Assembly: GCA_023247795.1 (NCBI GenBank)
Contig: JAHFFT010000002.1
Location: forward strand, 31,760 to 95,759
Length of the DNA stretch: 64,000 bases
From: Candidatus Omnitrophota bacterium
GTDB taxonomy: Bacteria; Omnitrophota; Gorgyraeia; Zapsychrales; JANLHA01
Direction: 5' to 3'
Of the stretch, positions 20,009 through 29,308 are shown piece after piece. Positions within the stretch are counted from its first letter, which is position 1; every line of letters starts with the position of its first letter. A program made the translations under genes and the position numbers. The notes below the pieces were generated by a model. It saw only the letters and a list, made by a program, of their open reading frames with translations. It did no database searches and was not told the DNA's origin.

Positions 20009-20067
20009 ATTGGCGGTTTGGTTTTAAATAATTTAGGGAACAATGCGATAGATAGGCTTTCATAGAT

Positions 20068-23000
20068 ATGAAGAATAGCCGTTTAAGCAATTTCAAATCA
20101 TCATTTTTTCGCAATATCCTTTTTTTGGTCATTGGATTAAGCTGTGGATGCACGTTTTTATGGTTGACGGTAAATGGACGCATTGGTGGTCATGATTTTT
20201 TGGACGTTGCGATTCATCGATATTTTTTTCTTAATCAAGCGATTTCTGCTCATGAATTCCCACAATGGATCCCTTATGTAGTCCATGGTGCCCCAACGGC
20301 ATATTCCAATGCGACGTATGATGGGCGACTTCAAGATGTTTTGCTCTTGATCTCCTCTTTCCTTCCTAAAATCAACTTTTTGACCTATCTCAACTTAGGC
20401 TTTCTTATCGATGAGTTGCTATTAGCAGTGGGCATGTGGTTATGGGCATCACGGGTGTTTCAGCATAAATTAACAATGGCCTTTGTATCGGGGACAGTGC
20501 TTGCGTCTTCGGTATGGGTTTATGCGCCCGGCTTTGATCTGCAGATTTATTGCGCCATTCCTTTGGTTCTTTATTTTTTTCATCAATTTTTAGATCAAGG
20601 GAAATGGCGATATTTTTTATTTGGGATGAATCTGTTGGCCATCCAAGCCATAGGGGAGCCTCCCTATTTTTTCCCGGCAACCACACTAGCGGTATTTTTA
20701 TATTTGGTATTTTACTGTTTGTTCAATATCAAGGACACATTGGTCAAACTGCGTCGAATCACGTTTCCCGTCTCTGCGGTCATAGCGTGTCTTCTGGTTA
20801 TATTGTCATTCGTGGTCGTTTATGGTTTTTTTCATTTCTCATTTGATCAAATTACGATCAATCGAGGAAGCAACCCTGAAGGGAAGATTGGCATTGAGCA
20901 ATTTTTATCGTATGAGGTCTCTTTCGGATTCACTAAATGGACAGAGTTGATTCTGGGCTTTTCTTCGCAGGTGGATATTATGCTTTATTCAGGAATTTCA
21001 ACCGTCATTTTGGTTATGTTCTATGTATTCACAGGTATTAAAAAGGAGAGTCTGCCAGTTTTGGGCACTTTTATTTTCCTCTTTTTCTTAAGTACCGGCG
21101 GCGGAATATTGGCAAAGATCTGTTATTATGTGTGGCCGTTGATGTCATATTTTCGCCAACTTGCGTACATAGCCATGATCGCTAAGGTTTTTTTGATTAT
21201 GTTAGCGGGGTTTGGCTTGGACCGGTTGATCGATGTGAAGCGTCAACCCAATGCCGGAATAAAGGTTAAGGGACCTTTGACCTTGTGTATTGTCTTCACG
21301 ATATTAATCGGCCTGTTCCTTTTCTTTGCGAGTTCCAATTTTGATTTGATGGTGCAATCAATGCGGCTCATCGGCAGGGAAATGTTAAAACCATATCTAC
21401 TGTCGGTTAATTTTTATGATTCTATCGTTGCTAGTGCGCGAGACGGTCAGTTTGAAGAAGGGGTCCCGTTGATAGCTTATCGGTTTATCGGTACTTCGCT
21501 GATTGCCGTTATCATCGCTGGATTGATGTGCGCTTTATTCATAAAAGATGTCGCGAAAAGGAAATTTTTTCTGACGGTGTTTGTCCTTTTTCATTTTTAT
21601 GATGTCTTTGGGTACAAGTATCTCGAGATGGGGTCAAGGTCGGTGAAGCTGAGGCAGCAGACCTTGGATTTTTTTAAGTTTCAAGATATGCCGTTCAATC
21701 GTCAGCGGCGAATGGATTTTGATAAAGATAATCCCAGATTCAATAACCTTTTTCCATATCGAGTGATGTATGCCATGGTGACCACCTTTTTTTTTACCGA
21801 TCAGGTGAATGGGGTATTTCGTACTGATTACTGGCCGAAGCCGTTCAATGATTACATTCGCGCGCATTGGCGGCTGCCTTTGGATGAGCATGATATCCCG
21901 AAATATGGATATGTCGATGACGAACGGCTTATTGTCCAGTATCCGCTGGATAAGGAATCGGCCCAAAAGATCTCCGGAATCACGAAAGAGAAAATACAGT
22001 TTTTTTCAAAGGCGTACGCGTTATCAAGTCGAGATCAGACCGCTGAGGTGTTGGCGGACCCTCAATATCAGGGGGACACGATTTTTCTTGATATGAATCA
22101 GGGCGCTGAAAAGTCTTACCAAGGAGTTGTCGAGGGTTTCAATAAAGATGAATTGAGCAGGAATGATCGGGTGACTTTGGGGTATGAGGTGCTGGAGTTT
22201 GACGCGAATAATTTGAAGTTATCGGTGAATAATGACAGCGGGCATCAGGTCTGGCTGCATTACAGTGACAGTTGGCATCCGCTTTGGAAGGTGACGATCA
22301 ATGGGAAAAAGGGGGATATCTACAAGTCGAATTTAGCATATAAGGCGGTGCTGTTAGAGCAGGGAGCTAATGTCGTATGGTTTCGGTTCCACTCATCGTG
22401 GATGGTATTTTTGCATTATGTGGTAGGGATCAACTCGTTGTTGTGGATCATCGCGTTGTTTGTGTTTATCGTCATGATTTTAAAACAAAAGCAAAAGAAT
22501 AATGCTTTTGAGTTGACCGGGCGGGAATGGGGGAAGACTTTTCTTATAGTGAGTATTTTAGTGGTCACGCATCTTATGTTAGCTAGACCCATTTCCAGAA
22601 TGGTGTATCCTACAAAAGACGGTAAGAACAATATGGATTATTTGGAACGATTGGCGAAGAGCGAGGATGTGTATGATGAACGAAAGGTTAAAGGGGGCAT
22701 CAAGGCGTTGACCCAACTAGCGCATGTGAAACCCTATCGAACCATCGCGTGGGAGGACCTAGGATTTTGTTATTACGCGAGCCATGATTGGGACAAGGCG
22801 TTGGAATATTACGCGCGATCGATCAAAGAGGAGCCGTTTTTCTACGCGGCGCATTACGACGCCGCATTGGTTTATTTACAACGCAAGGAGTATGGTGCTG
22901 CGATGGAACAATTGAAAGCGAGTGTGATGAAATTACAAAAATTCCGTTCCTTTGTGCAGAATCTGGTGGATAACGCGGCAAAGAATGGGACGGGTGATTT

Positions 23001-23181
23001 TGTATCGAGCGGGACCTCCCTTGTTGAAGAGATGAATCGTGATGAAGAGAAAATGTATTTATTGGTCAAGGGACAGTTGCCATCTGAGGATTTGAAGCCG
23101 CACTTCTTTGGAAAAGATCGACATGAATACTATAAACTGCTGATCGATCTCAATGACAAGTTTCATTTTTGGCAATCTTAG
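20068..23181 (+). CDS. giant polytopic membrane protein, paralog B (1037 aa)
   Basis: Collinear with A. Long tracts of more than 90% nucleotide identity with A, interrupted by diverged blocks (aa ~395-470 and ~540-620). Confidence 0.55.
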   Translation: MKNSRLSNFKSSFFRNILFLVIGLSCGCTFLWLTVNGRIGGHDFLDVAIHRYFFLNQAISAHEFPQWIPYVVHGAPTAYSNATYDGRLQDVLLLISSFLPKINFLTYLNLGFLIDELLLAVGMWLWASRVFQHKLTMAFVSGTVLASSVWVYAPGFDLQIYCAIPLVLYFFHQFLDQGKWRYFLFGMNLLAIQAIGEPPYFFPATTLAVFLYLVFYCLFNIKDTLVKLRRITFPVSAVIACLLVILSFVVVYGFFHFSFDQITINRGSNPEGKIGIEQFLSYEVSFGFTKWTELILGFSSQVDIMLYSGISTVILVMFYVFTGIKKESLPVLGTFIFLFFLSTGGGILAKICYYVWPLMSYFRQLAYIAMIAKVFLIMLAGFGLDRLIDVKRQPNAGIKVKGPLTLCIVFTILIGLFLFFASSNFDLMVQSMRLIGREMLKPYLLSVNFYDSIVASARDGQFEEGVPLIAYRFIGTSLIAVIIAGLMCALFIKDVAKRKFFLTVFVLFHFYDVFGYKYLEMGSRSVKLRQQTLDFFKFQDMPFNRQRRMDFDKDNPRFNNLFPYRVMYAMVTTFFFTDQVNGVFRTDYWPKPFNDYIRAHWRLPLDEHDIPKYGYVDDERLIVQYPLDKESAQKISGITKEKIQFFSKAYALSSRDQTAEVLADPQYQGDTIFLDMNQGAEKSYQGVVEGFNKDELSRNDRVTLGYEVLEFDANNLKLSVNNDSGHQVWLHYSDSWHPLWKVTINGKKGDIYKSNLAYKAVLLEQGANVVWFRFHSSWMVFLHYVVGINSLLWIIALFVFIVMILKQKQKNNAFELTGREWGKTFLIVSILVVTHLMLARPISRMVYPTKDGKNNMDYLERLAKSEDVYDERKVKGGIKALTQLAHVKPYRTIAWEDLGFCYYASHDWDKALEYYARSIKEEPFFYAAHYDAALVYLQRKEYGAAMEQLKASVMKLQKFRSFVQNLVDNAAKNGTGDFVSSGTSLVEEMNRDEEKMYLLVKGQLPSEDLKPHFFGKDRHEYYKLLIDLNDKFHFWQS

Positions 23182-23276
23182 TCCCTGGAAAGTAACAAGT
23201 CCGAGGCTAGAAGTTTCAACTAGCAAATTACTTGAGACCTGAAACATGAGACCCTAGTTATGGGGTCGTCACCTTC
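23179..23276. repeat. ~98-nt conserved 3' repeat, copy 2, directly after paralog B
   Basis: tagtccctggaaagtaacaagtccgaggcta… matches 19911..20008 closely. Confidence 0.6.
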
Positions 23277-23332
23277 TTTTGTGGTTAGGTGTTCAATGAT
23301 TTATGAATATGTGATAGATTGAATTTATAGAT

Positions 23333-26300
23333 ATGAAGAATAAGCGTTTAGGCAATCCCCAACCAGCATTCCCTTACAATATTCTTTTTTTGCTCGTTGC
23401 ATTAAGTTGTGGATTGACGTTTTTATGGTTGACGCTTGATGGACGGATAGGGTGTCGTGATTTTTTGGACCTTGCGATTCATCGATATTTCTTCCTGAAT
23501 CAAGCGATCACGGGTCATGAATTCCCACAGTGGGTCCCTTATGTAGTTCATGGTGCCCCAACGGCATATTCCAATGGGGAATTTGGTGGCCGTCTTCAAG
23601 ATGTTTTGCTTTTGATCTCCTCTTTCCTTCCTAAAATCAACTTTCTGACTTATCTCAACCTAGGTTTTCTTATCGATGAGTTGTTATTAGCGGTGGGCAT
23701 GTGGTTGTGGGCGTCACGATTGTTTCAGCATAAATTAACAATGGCCTTTGTATCGGGGACAGTGCTTGCGTCTTCAGTATGGGTTTATGCGCCCGGTTTT
23801 AACCTGCAGATTTATTGCGCCATTCCTTTGGTTCTTTACTTTTTCCATCAATTTTTAGATCAAGGGAGATGGCGTTATTTTTTATTTGGGATGAATCTGT
23901 TGGCCATCCAAGCCATTGGGGGCGCCCCTTACTTTTTCCCGGTAAGTAGTCTTGTGGTATTTTTATACACGGTATTTTATTGTTTGTTTAATGCGCGGGA
24001 TACCCAGGTCAAACTCCGTCGAATCAAGTTTTCCGTCCCTGCTGTCATATCGTGCCTTTTGGTCATATTGTCATTCATGATTGTTTTTAGCTTTTATCAT
24101 TTTTCATTTGATCAAATTACGATCAATCGAGAAGCCGACCCTGAAGGGAAGATTGGCATTGTGCAATTTCTGTCTTATGGCGGAAGTGCTGGTTTTGCTA
24201 AATGGAGCGCTTTGTTATTAGGCTTTTCTTCGCATTTGGACATAATGCTTTATTCAGGAATCCTGACAGTGCTGTTAGTTATTTTTTATCTGCTGACAGG
24301 TTTGAAAAGAGAAGGTGTGCCCATTTTGGTGACATTTATTTTCCTACTTTTTTTCAGCGCTGGAGGAGTCTTAACAAAGATTTGTTATTATGTGTGGCCA
24401 CTCATGTCTTATTACCGACATGTTACCTATACAGCGATGATCGCGAAAGTTTTTATGATCATGTTAGCTGGGTTTGGTTTGGACCGCCTAATGCACTGGA
24501 AATTTCAAGTCTCTGAGGAAAAACACGGTAAGCGGTCTTTGGTTTTTATGATCGTCCTCGCGCTATTGATGGGGATTTCCTTCATTTATGTGTGTTCAAG
24601 TGGGCAGGCCGTTTATGATTTGATGGTAAAATTGAAGGCCATGACTGATGTATTTCTTCTTAGGCAATATCATCTTTCCAATGAGAGTTTTTATGATTTT
24701 ATCCTCAATGGCCTGGGGGAGGGAAGGGGGCAATTTGATGAAGGAATCTCGCTGATTGTTTGTCAACTCACTCGCGCGGCGATTGCGGCTTTAATGATTG
24801 GAGGTTTGCTTTGTGTTTTGTTAGTTAAGGATAAGATTAAAAAGGGTCTGTTGATCACCGTTTTGGTCCTTTTTCATTTCTCCGACGTGTTTGGTTATAA
24901 ATGTTTGGAAATGAATTTAAGAACGGTGAAATTAGATCGGCAAATGACCGATCTCTTTAATTTTCATGACATGTCATTTAATCGTCAGCGACGGACAGAT
25001 TTAGATTGGATGAATCCCAGAGTTTTTTCCTTTTTTAAAGATGAGGCCCTTTTAAAGGTTTTACTATCAAGTCGATGGCTGTATTCATCGGATAATACCT
25101 TGCTCTTCACCGACCAGGTGAATGGGGCATTTCGTACCGATTATTGGCCGAAGTCGTTCAATGATTACATTCGCGCGCATTGGCGGCTGCCTTTGGATGA
25201 GTATGCTATCCCCAAAGAAAAGAACAAGAGTCAAAGTCTCATAGTGTTTCCATTTGAGAAAGAATCGGCCAAGAAGATATCAGGAATCACGAAAGAGAAA
25301 ATCCAGTTTTTTTCAAAGGCGTACGCGCTATCGAGTCGAGATCAGACCGCCGAGGTGTTGGCGGACCCTCAATATCAGGGGGATGCGATCTTTCTTGATA
25401 TGGATCAGGATGCTGAAAAGTCTTACCAAGGAGTTGTTGAGGGTTTCAATAAGGATGAATTGAGCAGGAATGATCGGGTGATTTTGAGGTATGAGGTGCT
25501 GGAGTTTGACGCGAATAATTTGAAGTTATCGGTGAATAATGACAGCGGGCAAAAGGTCTGGCTGCATTACAGTGACAGTTGGCATCCGCTTGGGAAGGTG
25601 ACGATCAATGGGAAGAAGGGGGAGATCTACAAGTCGAATTTAGCTTATAAGGCGGTGCTGTTGGAACAGGGTGCTAATGTCGTATGGTTCCGGTTCCACT
25701 CATCGTGGATGGTGTTTTTGCATTATGTGGTAGGGATCAACTCGCTGTTGTGGATCATCGCGTTATTTGTGTTTATCGTCATGATTTTAAGAGAAAAGGA
25801 TACGACATCGGAATTGGGAGGGAAAGATTGGGGGTTTGTTTTTCTGCTAGCATCAATCTTGGTGATTGGGCATCTGATTTTAGCCAACACCATTCCCAGA
25901 GTGATGTACCGAACAGATAAGGACGGGAAGAGCAATATGGATTATTTGGAACGATTGGCGAAGCACGAGGAAGTCTATGATGAAGGGAAGGTCAAAGGGG
26001 GAGTGAGGGTGTTGAACCGGCTCGCACAGGTCAAATCCTATCGAGCCATCGCGTGGGAGGACCTAGGATTTTGTTATTACGCGAGCCATGATGGGGACAA
26101 GGCGTTGGAATATTACGCGCGATCGATCAAAGAGGAACCGTTTTTTTATGCGGCGCATTATGATGCCGCGTTGGTTTATTTACAACGCAAGGAGTATGGG
26201 GCTGCGATGGAACAATTGAAAGCGGGTGTGATCAAATTACAAACATTTCGCTCTCTTGTGCAGAATCTGGTGAATGACGCGGCAAAGAATGGGATGGGTG

Positions 26301-26485
26301 ATTTTGTCAATAACGGGATCGCGTTAGTTGAAGAGATGAATCAGGATGAAGAGAAAATGTATTTATTGGTAAAGGGACAGTTGTCATCGGAGGACTTGAA
26401 TCCGCATTTCTTTGGAAAAGAAAAACATGATTTTTATAAGACCCTTGTTGATTTCAACAATTGGAATCATTTTTGGAACAATTAA
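23333..26485 (+). CDS. giant polytopic membrane protein, paralog C (1050 aa)
   Basis: Same architecture. Loop-1 motif DGRIGCRDF. Most divergent middle segment of the three. No 3' repeat after it. Confidence 0.55.
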   Translation: MKNKRLGNPQPAFPYNILFLLVALSCGLTFLWLTLDGRIGCRDFLDLAIHRYFFLNQAITGHEFPQWVPYVVHGAPTAYSNGEFGGRLQDVLLLISSFLPKINFLTYLNLGFLIDELLLAVGMWLWASRLFQHKLTMAFVSGTVLASSVWVYAPGFNLQIYCAIPLVLYFFHQFLDQGRWRYFLFGMNLLAIQAIGGAPYFFPVSSLVVFLYTVFYCLFNARDTQVKLRRIKFSVPAVISCLLVILSFMIVFSFYHFSFDQITINREADPEGKIGIVQFLSYGGSAGFAKWSALLLGFSSHLDIMLYSGILTVLLVIFYLLTGLKREGVPILVTFIFLLFFSAGGVLTKICYYVWPLMSYYRHVTYTAMIAKVFMIMLAGFGLDRLMHWKFQVSEEKHGKRSLVFMIVLALLMGISFIYVCSSGQAVYDLMVKLKAMTDVFLLRQYHLSNESFYDFILNGLGEGRGQFDEGISLIVCQLTRAAIAALMIGGLLCVLLVKDKIKKGLLITVLVLFHFSDVFGYKCLEMNLRTVKLDRQMTDLFNFHDMSFNRQRRTDLDWMNPRVFSFFKDEALLKVLLSSRWLYSSDNTLLFTDQVNGAFRTDYWPKSFNDYIRAHWRLPLDEYAIPKEKNKSQSLIVFPFEKESAKKISGITKEKIQFFSKAYALSSRDQTAEVLADPQYQGDAIFLDMDQDAEKSYQGVVEGFNKDELSRNDRVILRYEVLEFDANNLKLSVNNDSGQKVWLHYSDSWHPLGKVTINGKKGEIYKSNLAYKAVLLEQGANVVWFRFHSSWMVFLHYVVGINSLLWIIALFVFIVMILREKDTTSELGGKDWGFVFLLASILVIGHLILANTIPRVMYRTDKDGKSNMDYLERLAKHEEVYDEGKVKGGVRVLNRLAQVKSYRAIAWEDLGFCYYASHDGDKALEYYARSIKEEPFFYAAHYDAALVYLQRKEYGAAMEQLKAGVIKLQTFRSLVQNLVNDAAKNGMGDFVNNGIALVEEMNQDEEKMYLLVKGQLSSEDLNPHFFGKEKHDFYKTLVDFNNWNHFWNN

Positions 26486-26582
26486 ATTGTGAATCGGTGG
26501 ATTGAGAGGTGTGGGATGGGAAGAAAAATCTTTACAAAGCGAATTTTCAGTATTAAGATAACCCGCTTATAGGTCAAATTTT

Positions 26583-26659
26583 GGGCCCGTGGTGTAGTTT
26601 GGTTAACATATCTGATTGTCGATCAGAAGATCGCGAGTTCAAATCTCGTCGGGCCCGCC
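26583..26659 (+). tRNA. tRNA-Asp (anticodon GTC)
   Basis: GGGCCCG…CGGGCCC acceptor stem. Anticodon loop TTGTCGA. T-arm GAGTTCAAATCTC. Encoded CCA. Confidence 0.8.
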
Positions 26660-26744
26660 ATCTCAACGACCCTTCAAGTGAAGTTTTTTTTATTTGCTGA
26701 GAACCATCCGATTGGGGCCCGATTTTTAAGAGCCTTGCTATTTC

Positions 26745-26771
26745 AAGAGCCGGAACATGGCTCTTTTTTTG
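26745..26771 (+). terminator. rho-independent terminator downstream of tRNA-Asp
   Basis: Stem aagagcc / ggctctt with loop ggaacat, followed by TTTTTTT. Confidence 0.55.
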
Positions 26772-26784
26772 TGCTTATGCTACA

Positions 26785-28071
26785 ATGCACACTATGTTTC
26801 CCGCAGAATATTCACAAGGGAGCGTCCCTCAGCAGGCGTTGGATTTGTTGGAAAAGACCGAGGAACACCTCTTCGTGACTGGCAAGGCCGGGACCGGTAA
26901 GACTACCCTTCTACGCTATCTTAAAGAAAAAAGCAAAAAAAATATCGTGATCGTTGCCCCGACGGGCGTCTCCGCCATTCATATCAAAGGACAGACGATC
27001 CATTCTTTTTTTCGTTTCCCACCGAAATTCATCCGTAAAGAAAACCTTCATCGCCTGAACAATAGTCCTCTCATGCGCAAGATGGACACGCTTATGATTG
27101 ATGAGGTGTCGATGCTCAGAGCAGATCTACTTGACGGGATTGATTATTCGCTGCGTCTCAACCGGGATGAGATGAAGAAGCCTTTCGGCGGGGTGCAGGT
27201 GTTTTTTTTTGGTGATCTTTATCAACTGCCGCCGGTGGTCGACCGGGAGATGAAAGAAGTCTTTGATTTGGATTATCAGAGCCCGTATTTTTTTAGCGCC
27301 AGAGTTTTTCAGGAATTGAAGTTGAAAAAACTCGAATTGACAGAAGTCCATCGGCAGAAAGACGATGAGTTCCTTTCGCTGCTTGAGAAAATCCGGACCA
27401 AGACCATGACGAAAATGGACTTAAGCCAGATCAATCGCCTGACGGAAAACGAATTCGATGAAGAATCTTCGGTGATCTTAACGACGACCAATCAAAGGGC
27501 CGGGGCCATCAATAAAACGAGGTTGGCCAGACTCACCGGCCAAGAATTTGTTTACAAGGCTAGCGTGAGCGGCCAATTTGAAGACGGGAGCTTCCCGACG
27601 GACGATCATTTGTCTTTGAAAAAGGGGGCGCAGATCATGCTCATCCGCAATGATGACCAGAAACGCTGGGTCAATGGTACCTTGGCAAAGATCCATGATT
27701 TGGACCAGGATTTCATTCGCGTTGAAATCAACGGCTGCGTTCATGACGTCACTCCTTTCATTTGGGAGAAGATCAGTTACACCTACAATGATGTTGAAGA
27801 CAAGATTGATGAAAAGGTCATGGGTCGATTCGAACAATATCCGATCAAGTTGGCCTGGGCAGTCACCATCCATAAAAGTCAGGGCCAGACGTTTGATAAA
27901 ATTGTCGTCGACTTTGACGCCGGGGCCTTTTCGCACGGGCAAGTCTATGTGGCTTTAAGCCGGTGCACGTCAATGGCAGGGATCACGCTAAGGCGGCCGT
28001 TATTGCACAGCGACGTGATTTTGGATGAACGGATCCATCGTTTTAAGGAAGACTGCTTGAGCATTGGTTAG
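26785..28071 (+). CDS. PIF1/RecD-like superfamily-1 DNA helicase (AAA_30 + UvrD_C_2-type)
   Basis: Walker A GKAGTGKTTLL. Walker B LMIDEVSML. C-terminal AWAVTIHKSQGQTFD motif. Possible extended -10 (tgctacaat) overlapping the annotated start; an alternative ATG lies at 26794. Confidence 0.7.
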   Translation: MHTMFPAEYSQGSVPQQALDLLEKTEEHLFVTGKAGTGKTTLLRYLKEKSKKNIVIVAPTGVSAIHIKGQTIHSFFRFPPKFIRKENLHRLNNSPLMRKMDTLMIDEVSMLRADLLDGIDYSLRLNRDEMKKPFGGVQVFFFGDLYQLPPVVDREMKEVFDLDYQSPYFFSARVFQELKLKKLELTEVHRQKDDEFLSLLEKIRTKTMTKMDLSQINRLTENEFDEESSVILTTTNQRAGAINKTRLARLTGQEFVYKASVSGQFEDGSFPTDDHLSLKKGAQIMLIRNDDQKRWVNGTLAKIHDLDQDFIRVEINGCVHDVTPFIWEKISYTYNDVEDKIDEKVMGRFEQYPIKLAWAVTIHKSQGQTFDKIVVDFDAGAFSHGQVYVALSRCTSMAGITLRRPLLHSDVILDERIHRFKEDCLSIG

Positions 28072-28105
28072 GCCGCAACCGTTAACGAGAAGGAGAATTC
28101 AATCG

Positions 28106-28456
28106 ATGAAAAAATGTCCCTTTTGCGCGAAAGAGTTGGAAGCTGGCGCGACCAAATGTTTGAGTTGTGGAGGGTCTTTAGATCAGGGGCTGACCCCGGC
28201 AGCAGCGCAAGCATCGGAAGAGAAATTAAAATGGTATTTTCGCACGCACACGTTGGTGATTATTTTTTTGTCCATCGGTCCATTGGTTTTGCCGCTCATT
28301 TGGCTGCGGCCGGCCTGGAGTATCAAGACAAAAATCATTTGGACGCTGATCATTGGTATTTTAAGCTGGTGGATGGGGATGGCGACGGTCAAAGCGTTTA
28401 AGGCGATCTGGGATTATTATCAGGTCATCTTTGGCAATATACCAGCGGGTCTTTAA
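28106..28456 (+). CDS. zinc-ribbon membrane protein (hypothetical)
   Basis: MKKCPFCAKELEAGATKCLSCGG (C-x2-C…C-x2-C), then two TM segments. AGGAGA Shine-Dalgarno sequence upstream of ATG 28106. Confidence 0.45.
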   Translation: MKKCPFCAKELEAGATKCLSCGGSLDQGLTPAAAQASEEKLKWYFRTHTLVIIFLSIGPLVLPLIWLRPAWSIKTKIIWTLIIGILSWWMGMATVKAFKAIWDYYQVIFGNIPAGL

Positions 28457-28484
28457 AAAATAATTATTTTTGAAAGGATTTTTT

Positions 28485-28706
28485 ATGCCAAAAATCAATG
28501 AGCTGATCGAATGGGATTATTTAGGCGCGCATTACAGCCTTTACGTTAAGCGTTTTGTCGACGAGGACGGTCGTAGGGGGATGACGATGATTTTTGAAGA
28601 CGTCACGCACGAAAAAGTCACGGAAATGGTGATCCCTTCCCGGAAAATGCCTTCCTTCTTACGGGTCGTGAATGACGGGGCCCCGCGCTACGGCGGGATC
28701 ATTTGA
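28485..28706 (+). CDS. small hypothetical protein (73 aa)
   Basis: Fills a tightly packed gap between flanking genes. GAAAGGA Shine-Dalgarno sequence. No recognisable motif. Confidence 0.3.
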   Translation: MPKINELIEWDYLGAHYSLYVKRFVDEDGRRGMTMIFEDVTHEKVTEMVIPSRKMPSFLRVVNDGAPRYGGII

Positions 28707-28727
28707 GATTTGCTGAGGGTTGTTTGT

Positions 28728-28991
28728 ATGTGGCACGTTTATATTTTACAGACCCAATCCGGCCCTTTGTACACGGGGATCACCAATGATCTTGTGCGCC
28801 GGATGAAAGAACATCAAGAAGGGAAGGGGTCACATTTTACGAGGGCGTTCAAATTTTCAAAATTGCTCTACCAAAGAGCTTGCCGTACGCGGTCCACGGC
28901 GCTTAAACGCGAAGCCGCCATCAAAAATTTGACGAGGGAAGAGAAACTCAAACTCATTTCTACTTACCATAACAAGGAGTCAGTCCTATGA
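28728..28991 (+). CDS. GIY-YIG nuclease family protein (small stand-alone form)
   Basis: HVYILQTQSGPLYTGITNDLVRRMKEH…G is the canonical GIY-(x10)-YIG…R…E signature. Confidence 0.7.
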   Translation: MWHVYILQTQSGPLYTGITNDLVRRMKEHQEGKGSHFTRAFKFSKLLYQRACRTRSTALKREAAIKNLTREEKLKLISTYHNKESVL

Positions 28992-29308
28992 TCAGCATCA
29001 ATCAATTCAAGGAACTCGAAATCATCGTCGCTCAAATCAAGGAAGTTAAAGTGCACCCGAACGCCGACAAACTGTATGTGATTAAAGTTGATACGGGAAC
29101 CGCTGAAAAGCAGCTCATCGCCGGGATTCGGCCGGTTTACACCAAAGAGGAGCTCATTGGCAGACAGGTCATCATGATCAATAATCTCGAACCGGCGGTG
29201 ATCCGCGGAGAGGAATCGCAAGGGATGATCTTAGCCGCTGGTGGTCCAGAAAATATCACCTTGTTAAAGCCGGAAAAAGATGTCGCGTTGGGTAGCCGCG
29301 TTAAGTAA
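28988..29308 (+). CDS. tRNA-binding domain protein (CsaA/Trbp111/EMAP-II-like OB fold)
   Basis: VAQIKEVKVHPNADKLYVIKVDTG…IRGEESQGMILAA. Overlaps the previous gene (ATGA). Confidence 0.65.
   Translation: MISINQFKELEIIVAQIKEVKVHPNADKLYVIKVDTGTAEKQLIAGIRPVYTKEELIGRQVIMINNLEPAVIRGEESQGMILAAGGPENITLLKPEKDVALGSRVK

Noticed and set aside
16812-26485. Idea that the three ~1035-aa ORFs are fragments of one disrupted giant gene or an assembly duplication
   Set aside because: Each has its own start, complete collinear architecture and stop. Divergent blocks differ among copies, so they are genuine paralogs. Assembly collapse cannot be excluded without reads.
26700-26725. Possible att-site duplicate of the tRNA-Asp 3' end (gggcccg) downstream of the tRNA, which would mark an integrated island
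   Set aside because: Only a 7-nt match and no integrase nearby. Insufficient to call an island boundary.
27478-27942. Minus-strand ORFs of 150-250 aa lying antisense inside the helicase (and similar ones inside FIST 45258..45881, GGDEF-EAL 47181..47714, DJ-1 53144..53650, GH94 60491..60949)
   Set aside because: They lie completely within well-supported + strand genes and have no motifs or RBS. Typical spurious antisense frames.
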